Shown: positions 41,198 to 55,530, numbered from the stretch's first letter. The stretch: 64,000 bases of DNA from Chrysomallon squamiferum (GCA_012295275.1 CM022677.1:3844001-3908000); one strand, 5' to 3'. Numbers and translations are program-made. The notes: generated from the letters alone by a model not told the origin.

Positions 41198-44028
41198 TCA
41201 AGCTGGGTTCTGTCTGTGATTGGAATTTCGAGCAGACATCAAATCAAACATTCCTGAAACAGACTTGAACACAGTTTCAATAACTCCATTATCAACCAGC
41301 TCCTTTAAAGAATCCCTGTAATAAATAAAAATATTTTTGATTAAATGTCATTAACCATTATTAACTCTACAACAAAAACTAAAAAATGATGTTGATTAAA
41401 TTAAAAATTAATTATAAAATAAAATAAAATAAAATAAAAAGATATTAAACATTAATAAACAGTATTTTCACCCATATGAATATAGTTTTCCTGCTGTGTG
41501 AATTAATATAATTATTACTATAATAGTTGATTTTAATCTAAAACCTAAAGCCTCAGAAAAATAATTTTAAATAAACATAAAACAAATAAAACAGTAAATA
41601 AAAATAAAACAAACTAATTTGATTGTTTTTAAAATTTATACTATAATATAGTTTGATGTTAGGTGTAAAATAACTGAAGATATCAAAATTTTATAGAATA
41701 TATATTAATGAAAACAAACTTCAAGACTAATCTGTTAGTATTAACACAGAGAATTACAATTAGTAAAGAAACAATGCACACATTTTGTTTTACTCAAACA
41801 CTAACAACTTTAACTATGTGCTTCAAAATCTTTCACTACTGTTACCAGAACATTCTTTGTATCAACAATATGCTGAATCTTCCTCCACAGAGCTTGGGCA
41901 CTGCTGAAAAAACATCTCCTTGAACTCTTTCACTGCTGCACTGCAGACAGCTTTCTCAAAGTCAGTCTAGATAATCTGTGGCTTCAAATTGAAGTTTTTT
42001 TCTGCTTCAATCTTCAAGAGTTGAAAAACTGAGACATACGTAGCTTGAGTCTTGTTGGGAAGGAACATGTAAACAAGAGGGTATGTGATGTCCTGGAATT
42101 CTGCATGAAGAGTGTAAAACCAGTGTTTCATATCACAGACTCTTAACACCTGCTGTAATGTGAAATGATGAATTACCTCCCTTTTTTCTTAGTTCACCAG
42201 TCTGAGTGTACTGGTCTCCATGGAGATTGTACCTGTCAAATACAGAACTGCTACCTGTACAAGATGTTCATAATCTTGAAATAATTTACAATTTAATATA
42301 CATAAATAAATAAACAAATAAAGAAACATATTATTATTTCGTTGATTTTGTTTCTAGTAAGAAATAGTGCATCCATTACCATTACAAGTTAATAAAATAC
42401 TTAAATAAATGTGTGGATTTTTTTTGTTGTTTAAGAATATAAAACAGTTCATTCACAGAAGTAAAGTTTGCAACATAATGAAAGTATTCAGTAAGGTTGC
42501 AATGTAATTTTCTAGTCATGATTTTAAGTCATATATATATTTTTAATTAAAACATTAAAACTTTTATTTCTGATTAAATGAAATATCATTCCCTGAAAGA
42601 GATTTAATACTAGGAAATTCACTCACATTTCCATTAACAAGGCCAGAGATCTTTCTGTGACATCTTTGAAAAGACCAAGAGGGTTTCCAGGTATGTCCAT
42701 ATAATCAAGAATTATCACTGAACATCAAATAAAGAAAATACAAAAATAATGTAGCTTTAATTATAAAACAAGAGCACACACACATACAGGTTAACTATTT
42801 AACTTTCACTTTTCTTATAAATGTAATAAAAAGTAAGTGTAAATTAAAATATTCAAAATAATAAATAAATAAATCAATCAATAAATAAATCAATCAATAA
42901 ATAAATAAATAAAAAATAAATAAATGAAAGAAATTCAAATATTTGAATAAACAGCAAACATAATTTAATAATTTTTTAAAATGAAGGTTGTAGACAGGGT
43001 AGAGGAGGGTAAGGAATAAAATAATAATCATGAAAGAAGAAGGAAACAAGATGCTGTTTAGAAACCAAGGAACTTTAATAACAGACACAGTGACACAGAA
43101 AGATTAAATATAAAAACTATTGTAAAACTGACATCTCCACAGAGGACAAAGTGACCCAGGTTTATGACAACAACACTAATGAGACTGAATAAACCATCAG
43201 TTCATTTTACTGATATATTTGAGAAAAACAGAGTCATTCTAGTGCATGTACTACTTCTTTGCTGACATCTACATGTTGGAAGATCAACTAGGAGTGGCTG
43301 TTATTTCTCAACTCACAGACTTCACCTCTGGTAACACCAGTGACACAAAACTGTGTGACAAGATTTTGAGAATGAACAAAAATAAACTCATTATGAATAT
43401 TATAAAATATTTCACAACTGAAAATGAGAAAACAACAACTTATAAATAAAGTAATAAACTGCATCAGATAAACACTTTTGTAATTCATTACACTAATACA
43501 TACATGACCTGGGACTGTAACTTCAATGACATTTTAGGTATTCTTGCCCCTATAAAATAGCTGACCTATAAATCACTAAAGAAATTCTTCAGTCTTAATC
43601 ACATAAGTGTGGAAAGTTATATTTAAACAAAAGCAATGCATTTCAGTTTGGCATTTTCTTCTTAATCTCAGTTGTTTTCTATGAGGGCTGCTATTTTATC
43701 TCATAGAAACACATTAACAGCTAGCAGATTCCCTGGTAGGCATGAATCCATTTTTCTAATTCTAGAGAAAAAAAACAAGAAATATCCTAAAAATACTAGC
43801 ATAAGAAAATTAACATAAATATAAAATGGAATATGGTGACTTTGGTCTTCAGTAATTATTACCCATTGTTACAAGATGCATATAAATACTACTACTTTTG
43901 TCAGTTACAAATACCAGGGAATAAATAAAACAATTAAAACATGAAAAAATTATAATGTAATAGAACCTCTATACATGAATGAAAAATTTAGATACATGAC
44001 TTACTTGAGCTGTATTTATAGTAGCCAT
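41198..44028 (-). CDS. Unrecognised 5-exon small-protein gene model (about 110 aa) needing two 1-bp homopolymer corrections
   Basis: GT-AG exons 44028-44005, 43549-43509, 42717-42627, 42232-42177 and 41315-41198 give MATINTAQGQEYL/NVIEVTVPVIILDYMDIPGNPLGLFKDVTERSLALLMEMYNLHGDQYTQTGELRK/KGRDSLKELVDNGVIETVFKSVSGMFDLMSAR...*. Confidence 0.5.
41860..42130 (-). mobile_element. MULE (Mutator-like) transposase relic
   Basis: YTLHA...PLVYMFLPNKTQATY..VFQLLK...PQII*TDFEKAV...[shift]CFFSSAQALWRKIQ, matching the MULE DDE domain segment ending in CxFH-x-x-Q-x-x-WRKIQ. Confidence 0.85.
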
Positions 44029-45860
44029 TTCTGTCAAACTTGCCTTGCATTTATTTTACACTGGGAAGGAAAGTAACAACGTATGACAGCTTAACATTAT
44101 CCATGGAATAATAAACCAGAATATCATATTCAATATGGCTAATTTGAACTCTTTTTTTAGGTACACATAAAATCAAACCCACCTATTACAGTAAATTGTA
44201 CTCCACACAACTGAATATTGTTTATAACTGACAACAGAAACTTCACTAAGTAGTACTAGTACAGTAGCTGAGTAGGACATAAAGACTTACCTTAATTTGC
44301 CAATATCTACTTTGTATTTATAAACACTAATTTTTAAGACCGGATATGTATGGAGTTAACTGTAGTCTTTATAAACAAAACATAGAGTCTCGCTGACCCA
44401 GTATTGTAAAATTGATCGGGACCGTTCGGATCATTTCCGAATACGCGGACAAATCCGAACATTCCCGAATGCAGCCTTAGCTTCGGTCGTTTGTTTCATG
44501 GTGTTGTGATTATTTTGTTTTCCTCTTTGAACTGATTCCTTTGATTAATTAAAAAGTGTACAACAAAGCTGAATTTCAATATCAATATCACACATGGAGG
44601 TATATCTGCATAAGTGACTGCTGGAAACATCTACAGACACTGAATGATAACATTACACATACAGAAAAGAAATTGAGACTAAATCCTTCTAACTGAAATG
44701 AAATACATGCTTACTGAAAATTCTTTAGATGCTGAATTTTTAAATGATAAATAAATGTACATGCATGCGCACACACACGCACACACAGACAGACACACAC
44801 ACACAAACATATATGCTCATTCTGAAATTAATAATCACTAATACTGAAATGGTAAAGATATATAAACTCACATACACATATACAAAACTTAACTTTATTT
44901 ATGTGTAAAAATAGAATGAATTTCAGTGATGTAGCAATTATTGAAATAATATATTTGTAAATAAGAATTTTAGTTGTAACTCACCCAGACTTCCAAGTCC
45001 TGCAGCTCTACAGTTAGCTAACAAAACTCCCATCTCACTCTCCAGCAGAACACACAACACTTCATAAGCCTCTATCACCTGATCAGAGTAGTTAATAGCC
45101 AACTGCAGCGCTGTGTTGTTAGACTTCCCCATCAACACCGTCAACCTCTCCGAGTAGGACTTGCTCTCATTCATTGAGGTGGCAATTTTTCTCTGAAGTA
45201 TTTCAAACTCAATTTCAAACTCTTTCAATTTAGTTTAAAATCAGTTATATTCATATCAGATGTCATGAAAAATATATCAATGACTTATTCTGTGTTATTG
45301 TTTAAGAATCTATTTATTTTAGTTAATTTGAAACAGAAGTGCCCAAGGGCCCAAAAATAATGTTAAAAATCAGATATTATGAAAAATAATGAGTAATTCT
45401 GTGTTATTGATAAAAATATATTTATTTTGGCGATTTGATTTTGAATGAGTGTAGTTGGGAAACATTTGTAAGTTTAAAAATCAGTTAAATTCATATTTAA
45501 AATTTGAAAAATAATGTCAATCATTCATTTTTCTGTCAGTTTTATTTGTTCTGAGGTAATATGAATTGGAATTAACACCATAAAAAATCCTAAATAAATA
45601 AATAAAATAAATTAAAATATCATACTGGAAATTATGAAAAATATGTCTATTTTTTCCTTCATATTTTTGCCAGTAAAATAACATTTGTGAATTAAAACAT
45701 CAGTTAAGTTTCTACTGGAAATTATGAAAATACACTGTCAGTATATTCCAATTTAACATTTAAAAGTGTTAAGCATTAGTTATACATTTGTTAAAATATT
45801 ATGCTAGTGTGTTTTATGTGGTTATGTAACATTAGCAAGTTCAAACATTTTGTAATTTTC

Positions 45861-47181
45861 CAGTGAAGTTACATTCCAGCACAGGAAACATCACTGTGCA
45901 TATAAGTGTTTACAGTGAAGTTACATTCCAGCACAGGAAACATCACTGTGCATATAAGTGAAGTTACATTCCAGCACAGGAAACATCACTGTGCATATAA
46001 ACATATAAGTGAAGTTACATTCCAGCACAGGAAACATCACTGTGCATATAAGTGTTTACAGTGAAGTTACATTCCAGCACAGGAAACATCACTGTGCATA
46101 TAAGTGTTTACAGTGAAGTTACATTCCAGCACAGGAAACATCACTGTGCATATAAGTGTTTACAGTGAAGTTACATTCCAGCACAGGAAACATCACTGTG
46201 CATATAAGTGTTTACAGTGAAGTTACATTCCAGCACAGGAAACATCACTGTGCATATAAGTGTTTACAGTGAAGTTACATTCCAGCACAGGAAACATCAC
46301 TGTGCATATAAGTGTTTACAGTGAAGTTACATTCCAGCACAGGAAACATCACTGTGCATATAAGTGTTTACAGTGAAGTTACATTCCAGCACAGGAAACA
46401 TCACTGTGCATATAAGTGAAGTTACATTCCAGCACAGGAAACATCACTGTGCATATAAGTGTTTACAGTGAAGTTACATTCCAGCACAGGAAACATCACT
46501 GTGCATATAAGTGTTTACAGAAGTTACATTCCAGCACAGGAAACATCACTGTGCATATAAGTGTTTACAGTGAAGTTACATTCCAGCACAGGAAACATCA
46601 CTGTGCATATAAGTGTTTACAGTGAAGTTACATTCCAGCACAGGAAACATCACTGTGCATATAAGTGTTTACAGTGAAGTTACATTCCAGCACAGGAAAC
46701 ATCACTGTGCATATAAATGTTTACAGTGAAGTTACATTCCAGCACAGGAAACATCACTGTGCATATAAGTGTTTACAGTGAAGTTACATTCCAGCACAGG
46801 AAACATCACTGTGCATATAAGTGTTTACAGTGAAGTTACATTCCAGCACAGGAAACATCACTGTGCATATAAGTGTTTACAGTGAAGTTACATTCCAGCA
46901 CAGGAAACATCACTGTGCATATAAGTGTTTACAGTGAAGTTACATTCCAGCACAGGAAACATCACTGTGCATATAAGTGTTTACAGTGAAGTTACATTCC
47001 ACACAGGAAACATCACTGTGCATATAAGTGTTTACAGTGAAGTTACATTCCACACAGGAAACATCACTGTGCATATAAGTGTTTACAGTGAAGTTACATT
47101 CCAGCACAGGAAACATCACTGTGCATATAAGTGTTTACAGTGAAGTTACATTCCAGCACAGGAAACATCACTGTGCATATA
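45861..47181. repeat. 52-bp intronic minisatellite, about 25 copies
   Basis: Unit CAGTGAAGTTACATTCCAGCACAGGAAACATCACTGTGCATATAAGTGTTTA. Confidence 0.97.
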
Positions 47182-47506
47182 GATGATGTTAAATGAGATT
47201 TACCCCAAGGGAGGTAATTTCAGCACCAAGAATCTGTCTGTCTCCAGCACACATTTTTAGTTTCTTCAGTTCTGCAATTTTAGCTACAGGAAACTGATCA
47301 CTGCCTGCAGTGGTCCTGTGAATTAATAAATAAATAAATAAATAAATAAATAGAATATTTACATAAATACTTAAATAATAAATACACTATCAAATATGTT
47401 TATATTTTAATATTATAGGTAAATAAGCAGCAAATGGAAAGAAATGGATGTATAAAGAAAAAATAATATATATGTATATATTATAGTTTTGTATTTTTTT
47501 AAAAAA

Positions 47507-47538
<32 letters not shown>

Positions 47539-47839
47539 TTATACATTTTTTGTATTTTCTCAACATTCCATATATAAAAAAATAACACAACACACACACT
47601 GTCTATCTCCACTGATTCCCTTATAGTCACGTGCAATAAAGCTGAGAAACAAAATAAGAAATGTTTATTTATACCTGTCTCCTGTGTTAGGAGTTACTTT
47701 AGTTACATGGAACGTAAATGAATGACAATATGACAAATATTTATTTATACCTCTCTCCTGTATTAGGATTCACTTGTGACTTTGTTGGTGTTGATGTTTG
47801 ATTGTTCATGGGACTAGAAGACAAATCTCTCACAGGTAA

Positions 47840-48215
47840 CTTATCCTGTAACTCTTTCAACTGTAACAAAAATGTAATAATTTTCCTTAACTTTCAATTT
47901 TAACAAAATGTAACAGTTTATTCTGTGTCAACTGTAAGTTTCAACTGTAACAAAATGAAACAATTTATCCTGTAACTCTTTCATCTGTAACAAAAATGTA
48001 ATAATTTTCCTCTAACTTTCAATTTTAACAAAATATAACAGTTTATTCTGTGCCAGCTGTAAGTTTCAACTGTATCGTAATGAAAAATTTATCCTCTAGC
48101 TTTTTCAACTGTAACAAAATAAAACAATTCATCCTGTAACTCTTTCAACTATAACAAAAATGTAACAATTTATTCTGTAACTCTTTCAGCAGTAAACAAC
48201 AATGTAATAATTTAT
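47840..48215. repeat. Degenerate ~35-45-bp tandem repeat spanning an MCC splice acceptor
   Basis: Repeated CTGTAACTCTTTCAACTGTAACAAAA(A)TGTAA; reverse complement TTTTGTTACAG|TTGAAAGAG. Confidence 0.8.
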
Positions 48216-51200
48216 CTTTTAACTATTTTTGCTATAAACTTTTAAAATCGTGTATTTACTAACAACTTTACAGTACTTTTTTTTATGAATGTAACAATTT
48301 CATGCAGTTACTAACAATTTAACTGTTACTCTTTCATAGAAAGACTTAATGCAAAAATTATTAACACAAGCCATATTATATAACTGAAAGAAAAAGCAAT
48401 TTCTATAATTAAGTTTTGTGTTTCAATTCTACCTACAAATAAAAATGTAAATATAATTATTTTAATATTTATGCGGAGTTACCTTTCTTTTCAACTTCTC
48501 CCTGTCATCATTGATATGTTCAATATGGCTACATAGCTGTGTATGTTCTATTTCCTGTCTGCCTATCTGTTCTTGTAGAGCTGACATTCATCGTTGTCTT
48601 TTTCTACGTCTTCTCTGAGACGTTGAACGACGTTGCGATCAACATTGTGGAGAGGAAAGTATTTTCTTTCTGCAATGGCTGACTCCAGTTCTGTGACAAC
48701 TCGGGAACATTTTGCATTTATTTCATTACCTATTTCTAAAACAACCAAACAAACAAAAAAAAAAACATTTATAATTATTCTCAGTTTTAATGTTGTGTAT
48801 ACGTTATTTAGTAGTTAAAGAAAATTTTTAATTATATTTGTAAATTTAATTCTATTTTTCTCTTCTGATCAAATTAACTGATTGAAAAAATATCTCATTT
48901 TAACTATATATTTAGTTGGAACTTTTCTTTTTAATTCCTTCATTCCTTCTAACAGTAAGAAAATGAGAAAAATATCAAATTTTAATTATATATTTATTTA
49001 TTTTCATTTTAATGCCTTCTAGCAGTAAGTAAACGAGAATTTGTTTTTATTATAATTTAATATTTAAAAAAATTCAACAAATTATAATATGTTGCTATTT
49101 ATATAATAAATTAAAATTAAAATTAATAAACTTTTAAAACAATTGGACATCTATCTAAAACAGCCAAAACTGTACAGTCAAAAAATAAATATAAAAGTAA
49201 ATGATTACCAGGTCTCGCAGACTGGGAGCCATTTGCATTATTCTCGTTGATACTTCCTCCATCATCGCTTTTCTCCGATCGTCTTCTTCTCTACACAGAA
49301 ATGAAAAAAAAAAAAAAAAAAAAAAAAACGTTCCAATGTCTTTACACTTTCTGGAATTTGGTATTTTCAACAAATTGCTAGAAATAATTTCTTAGTCTTT
49401 CATTAAACACAGTAAAGAACAGAAAGCTAACGGTGCTGTTTTACATCTGAAGAATGACTGACTTGACTCATACAATGAAAGAAAACAATGGTTAAATGTC
49501 TTCACATATTTCTGGAATTTCAGGTTTTCAGGAATCTTTTCTTATCCATTAAAAACAGTGAAAAACCAGCAAACAAATGGTATTATTTTACAATACATAA
49601 TGACAAGCCAAAACTATGTTTCATTATGTGTCCAGATATATTATATTATTGTTTTTATCATTCATTAAAAGCAGGGAAGAACAGCAAACTCACACTATAT
49701 ATTATTTAATAAAGACCACTGACCTGATGACATTAATCTGCTGTCTGTTTTCTTCATCAGCTCTGCAATGACGCTGTGAAGTTCAGTGACGCGTTCCTCG
49801 TAGCGTGCCGCCGTCTGGTCAACTCTGTCATCCAAGTCTTTCTGACTGTGAATCTTCTGTCTTAGTGACAACAAACAATCACATTTCAGTAACAAACACA
49901 TAAAATAAGAAAATTATTTATTAATGCAACTATAAAATGAAAATAAACTAATAATAATAATAAAAAAAAAAAATTTATTAACGGAACATACATCCTTTTA
50001 TAAATTAAATTAAAAATATAATAATAATAATAATAATTTTATAAGAAAGGAATATGCTATTATAAAATAAAAAATAAAGAAAATAATATTTAAAATCACA
50101 TTAGAAACATTATATATTTATATATGTATATTAGTAAACTTGTAAATTAAAAATAATAAAATGTCAAAATATTTAGAATCACTAAAATATTTGAAGTTTT
50201 GAATGGTTTTTGGATATAACTCTGTATTAGTAAATTTAAAACATACAGACTAAATTCTCTTAGTATTCAAAATCACAAGACATTTTTTTATGAATTTGAA
50301 TGTGTAAATATTGTATTTATTGAACCTATGTATTCTTTGTTTTAGTGTCTGCTTAAGAAAACATCATCAATAAATAATCAAATAAATACATAAATAACCA
50401 AATAAGGCAGAAAGTAAATATATAATAATTAAAACTTTTTAAATTTAAATTTGGTCATCAGATTAACGTAAATATTTTTCTAAAGTCTTTCCAGAAAGAT
50501 AGCCTGAGTAGCTTTAAGTCATCACCAAGAGTTATTGCCAAACATATTATTTTCTAGTCAGGCTATATTCTTATTACTGTTACCAGAATAACAACGTTAA
50601 TTTCAGGCTAATGCTAGGATAAAAAAAATAATAATAATATTAAAAAACAATAATTTCTTACCTGACATTTAGTCTGTTATTTTTCTAAATGATGAGTTTG
50701 TATATATTTTTATATGTATGTATGCATGTGAATCTGTGTGTGTTTATATTATGTGCATTTGAGTGTGCATATATTTGTGTAAGTCTGTATCTGCATGTAT
50801 CTGTGTGCTTATTATGTGTGCATGACTAGGTATGCATTTCTGCATATTTGCATGTATATGTGTCTGTGTGTGTTTGTATTGTATGTTTAAGTATGTATGT
50901 ATGTTTTATATGTATGTGTAGATATGTGTGTCTGTATTAATGTATGAATGAATAAGTATGGATTATTTGGTACTTGTATCTAAGTATGTGTGTATGAATA
51001 CATGTGTTTGTATTACGGTGTGTGTGTGTAAGTTTGGATGTAATCAATGCCAAATAAATTGTTGGTTCAGAAAACATTATCAAAACACTAAAAACAAAAA
51101 CAAATCTGAAAATAAACACAGTATCTACTATGTGTGCTTTATCTAGTTGTTTTACCTGCTGGAATTAAATAGCAATAGAAATTGAATAAAATACATATTT

Positions 51201-51479
51201 ATATTTAATTATTTAAAACATTTTTTTTTTATATATAATTAGTTACTAATTTAATATCACATTAAAATAGAAAAATAAACATATTCCATAAACATACATA
51301 ATTAAAAAAACTCACAAGTCATCATAAACTAATATATACACATATATGCACATACACATGAACACATGTGCATACATATAAAAAAATCCATACAAACACA
51401 GTCATGCAGAAACACATTCACACACAGAAACTCAGACTTGCACATATATAGACACACACTGACCATACAAATACAGACA

Positions 51480-52320
51480 CATTCACACACACAAACATAC
51501 AAACTTAATACAAGACACATACAACTCACACACATACAACTCACACACACTACAAACACACACACAACAACTCACACACACACAACTCACACACAAACAC
51601 ATACAACACACACACACACACACTCACACACACTCACACACACACAACTCACACACATACAACTCACACACATACAACTCACACACACATACAACTCACA
51701 CACATACAACTCACACACACACACACACACATACAACTCACACACATACAACTCACACACATACAACTCACACACATACAACTCACACACATACAACTCA
51801 CACACATAACTCACACACACACAACACACACATACAAACTCACACACACACAACTCACACACATACAACTCACACACACAACTCACACACACAACAACAT
51901 CACACATACAACACACACACAACAACACACACACAACTCACACACACAACAACTCACACACACACACACACACACAACTCACACACATACAACACACACA
52001 CAACAACTCACACTCACACACATACAACTCACACACACACACACATACAACTCACACACACACACAACTCACACACAACTCACACAACACACACACACAC
52101 ACATACAACACACACACACACACACACATACAACACACAACTCACACACACACAACTCACACACACACACATACAACTCACACACATACAACTCACACAC
52201 ACACATACAACTCACACACATACAACTCACACACATACAACACACACACATACACACACATACAAACACACACACACACACACATACAACTCACACACAC
52301 ACACACATACAACTCACTCA
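51480..52320. repeat. CA-derived compound repeat (ACAACTCACACACAT units)
   Basis: Direct inspection. Confidence 0.92.
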
Positions 52321-53700
52321 CACATATAAATATAAATATAAACATACTGGAGGCTGTACAAGGAAATGTGTGTCAGACATTACTTTTATTTTATTTTTTT
52401 TTTTTTTTTTTTTTTTAAAGATTTGAAATATGTACCCAATAAAAATATTAATTAATATATTTTTTAAAATATGACATAATACCTGTCTTTGTACATTCTT
52501 TATAATAGATTTTTTTTTTTTTTTTTTTTTTGCTTTTATTAAAAAGAAATATCTCAACATTGTATTAAATATTATAAAAATAGAAAAAAATTTATTTCCC
52601 TTTTTATTGTTGTTATTTTATATAATTATTTTTATAATTTTTATTTTTTTTTTTTTTATTAGAAAGAAATGTATCAACATTAAAATACTAATTTATTATT
52701 ATTACATTAAGAGTTTTATTTCTCCTTTCATCACTATTGTTATCACACGATGGTTTGAGGATCACATTAAATAATAATTAGAATAGCTTTATTTATCTTT
52801 TTATTGTTGTATAGTTTTAGAATTATCTTAAATATTATTAAAATAGTTTATTTTTTTATTGTTGTTGTTTTTGTAGTTATCACTATATCAGATTTTAGAA
52901 TTATATTAAATAATAAAATAGTTTTATTTATATTTGTATTGTTTTATTTTTTTATGTTATTACTTGATCAGATTTTAGAATTAAATACACACACATATAT
53001 AATGTATCTATCTTATTTCTCTATTAAATATTCTGATCCATCAGTAATTTAAATATATGTCTAGAACTAAAAATATAGAATAAAACATTCTTACACATGC
53101 ATATATGTTACAGTTAATATGTCAAATTAGTCATTTAGCCTAACACACAAAACCATCAGAAATTAGGCCTAATGACTAAAATTTCCAGGAATTAGGCCAA
53201 ATGACTGGATTTTCCATGGTCTTGTTTGACATTCTGCCTGATAGTAAATCAGAAAATCAGGCAAGCAGGTTTAATGCTTTGCAACATCATTAGTGGGTTC
53301 AATTCAATTCTTTATTATTCTAAGCTCAGCACAAAAATGTGCTAAGCATGAGTCTTAAAACCAGAATAGAGAGAGAAGTGGAAGAAAGAGAAAAAGAACT
53401 ATGACAGATGGCATGAAGTATAAAAACTTAACTGTTACTCTAAAACTGGTTTTTAAAACGTATTGTAATATCATTCAAATAATCCTGTGTTAACTGTATT
53501 GTAACCATATTATATTTTTGATAAAATGAAGTGAACCTAAAATTTTATCTTACACTTAAATCACCATCCATTCAATTTTTTATTAATAAAATAAGACCTT
53601 AGAAAATGTTAAAAGTTACACGATTAACACACTTAGACTATATATATAAATATATATATATATAAAAAATATTAATAAAAAATGAGATACAGTAATAAAA

Positions 53701-53760
<60 letters not shown>

Positions 53761-54569
53761 TATAACACTATTAAAAAATAATAGTAGTATAAATTAATTA
53801 TAACAATTAAAAAGAAGAAACATATTCTATCAAAAGAAACAATAAATTATTTTATTTACTGATTTTTTATTATCAGAACAATAAGGAATGTAGACAGGAT
53901 AAAATAAATAAATAAGTAAACAAATAAAAAAAGTATTAAACTGTATTCTGAAAACAAGTTTTATGTCAACCCTGATCAACCCTTTAAAACCGACTTTCAC
54001 TACAATCTAGTTTTTACAGAACAGTCAGCCATATTGAAATGGAGACCGGAGTGGGTGAATGTTGCAATCAGCAAATAGTAAAGAAATAAAATAAACATTA
54101 GTTACACCTTTCATCATCAAAACTCAAAATCATTTTACTAAGAACTACATAACAACAACATTACCAGACTCAGAATCAGCTACTCCACCAATCTAAACAC
54201 AATCAAATTCAAACACAAAATAAACACAACACTAAACTCTAGCTGTGGAATTTCTGAAACCATGAAACATTACTTAGTTCTCTGTCCAAATTCTGCAAGT
54301 GAACACCTAAAGCTACATCACACATTCAATGAATTAAAAATTGAATTTATACTTAAAAACAGCTTGATAGCAACAGGGAAAAACTTTAATTGAAACAAAT
54401 AAATAGACACAAATGTTTGATTAAATAAATTTAAAAACATAACATGAAATAACAAAATCACATAGGTTAAAAAACTAAATAAATAAATCGAATATAGAAC
54501 AAACAAAACAAAAAGCAAATAAACCAACACAAAACAATTCAATAAATTAATTAATTAACAGATTAACTG

Positions 54570-55530
54570 ACTCACCAGCTGATAGATCTGCTGACGCAAA
54601 GTTTCAGAACATATTTTAAAAGTTCCATATTTTCTTGACACAAGGAAGTAAACTGGTTCAGGCTGGAGTGGGCTGTTCGGAATGTGAACTTTCTGTTCAA
54701 AGTTACAAAACAAAAATGGCAGACTGCAGCAGGAAATGAACTGGGAAGATGTTGACCAAGACAAGTTACACCAGTTTCAGAAATTACAATTTTACACTTG
54801 TCTGCCAATATGCTATAAGTTTTCCTTCTGCTTCCACAATGTGTAGGTGCTCAAATTGCTCTCCAAACACTCTCATTTTCTCTTCTGCTGGAAGACTGGC
54901 AGTTTGCTCTATCTTCTCACTGTTTGCACTGCCAGCAGAGATCTGTTTTGGACAATAAAAGGAACACAAATGTTACACAGATTGATAAATGATGACCTAA
55001 AAAGGATTAAAAATCAGTGTCAGTGACATTAAACTGACAAGTCAAACTGAAGAAGACATCATTTTCTTAAAAATAAAAATGAAAACAAAATTTAAAAAAA
55101 CAAACAAAAACAAACTGCAATATATAATCAATTAATCTAAGAATTCATACAATAGCCTTAAAATTATATTTACTCCTTTAAAAATGTTTCAGAACAGATT
55201 CCAGTAAATATCACTTAATCTGTTACAAAAATTACACATTATTCAAATGAATTCTTACCCTGTGCAATAGCAGTCTGTTGATTCTCCCTCCAAAGTGAAG
55301 ATTTAGTCTCACATGTAGACAGTATTTTCAAATTATTCCCTTTGTTCCTGTGACTGCCTCGGACAAAATTAGTCATAATCTTGAGGAAAATGCTGCAGAA
55401 ATTGAACTATTCTTTCTCTGTCTTCACATGTAATAGTGTGTGAATTACATTGTCTTCCACATGATATTCTTTCTCTCTCAGAGTTACCCCATTCAGTGTG
55501 CAATGCTGTGAGTTTATTCTGACTAATGCT
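54570..55530 (-). mobile_element. Decayed DNA-transposase fragments, Sola-superfamily-like
   Basis: Collinear remnants IVQFLQHF...LKILSTCETKSSLWRE, PKTDLCWQC, EEK...EHLHIVEAE and FEQKVHIPNSPLQPEPVYFLVSRKYGTF..CSE...QI (cf. FDFAQQVHIP...QPGPxYF..RKCGxFGVCCE). Subgroup assignment is uncertain. Confidence 0.6.

Larger units (their letters stand above)
44985..49860 (-). pseudogene. MCC: Internal exon block of colorectal mutant cancer protein (MCC), disrupted and partial
   Basis: Exons ~49860-49724 (RYEERVTELHSVIAEL), 49290-49209 (REEDD), 48735-48483, 47860-47751 (LKELQ...VNPNTGE), 47315-47204 (PVAKIAE...DRQILGAEITSLG) and ~45235-44985 (KEFEIE...TALQLAINYSDQVIEAYEVL...RAAG), collinear with vertebrate MCC as recalled. 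At least three frameshifts and internal deletions. Confidence 0.88.

Noticed and set aside
28252-47181. CRISPR-like appearance of the regular 52-125 bp arrays
   Set aside because: Units are head-to-tail with no unique spacers, there are no cas genes, and the context is eukaryotic.
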